In this document: in pieces, positions 63,730 to 64,000 of the stretch
How positions within the stretch are numbered: the first letter of the stretch is position 1
Layout of the letters: the number at the start of each line of letters is the position of its first letter
NCBI RefSeq assembly: GCF_009914755.1
Contig: NC_060925.1
DNA from: the human T2T-CHM13v2.0 reference genome, Homo sapiens
Direction: 5' to 3' (one strand)
Length of the DNA stretch: 64,000 bases
The notes under the pieces: generated by a model
Told to the model about the DNA's origin: nothing
The model's input: only the letters and a program-made list of their open reading frames with translations
The model's database searches: none
Made by a program: the position numbers and the translations under genes

Positions 63730-63857
63730 AATTGGGAAGGTAAGGATGATCTGAAAAATGTAATAATCAGAAATAAAGAATAGATACGAATTGAATTGGG
63801 AAGGTAACGATGATCTGAAAAATGTAATAATCAGAAATAAAGAATAGATACGAATTG
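63730..63857. repeat. 64-bp tandem duplication
   Basis: 63730-63793 versus 63794-63857, one mismatch (taagga/taacga). Confidence 0.95.
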
Positions 63858-64000
63858 TAGAGATTAAAAATAATCCTAAATTGTGACAAAATAAGGGTTT
63901 AGCAAACCTGATTTATTTTGCTAGTCTCAACTCTTCTTTATTTCTGGTTAAGTAGACACAACCCTAAAAGGTTGTTAGTGACTTTAGGAAGTATAATAAT

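Overview
AT-rich primate (almost certainly human) euchromatic DNA: young AluY and L1PA2 insertions plus THE1/MST, MER4, MADE1 and many old MIR/L2/MLT1/hAT relics. No intact protein-coding gene, rRNA, tRNA or CRISPR array can be supported, and many listed ORFs are repeat-derived or low-complexity. It reads as an intergenic or large-intron region. The most interesting non-repeat signals: (i) four phase-compatible + strand exon candidates in the first 8.1 kb ending at an AATAAA (possible 3' end of a lncRNA or decayed small-protein gene); (ii) a unique, protein-like but stop-riddled minus-strand segment at about 5.65-6.62 kb; (iii) a CpG-retaining patch beside a THE1 LTR with CTCF/YY1/CRE-like motifs; (iv) a textbook twin-primed, 5'-inverted L1PA2 inside a nested transposon cluster; (v) an internally deleted ERVL pol/dUTPase relic; (vi) several near-perfect 41-69 bp tandem duplications and non-B DNA tracts. 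Repeat subfamily names were recognised by eye from remembered consensus sequences and need RepeatMasker/Dfam confirmation. I found no convincing novel biological system; all gene-like calls are hypotheses.
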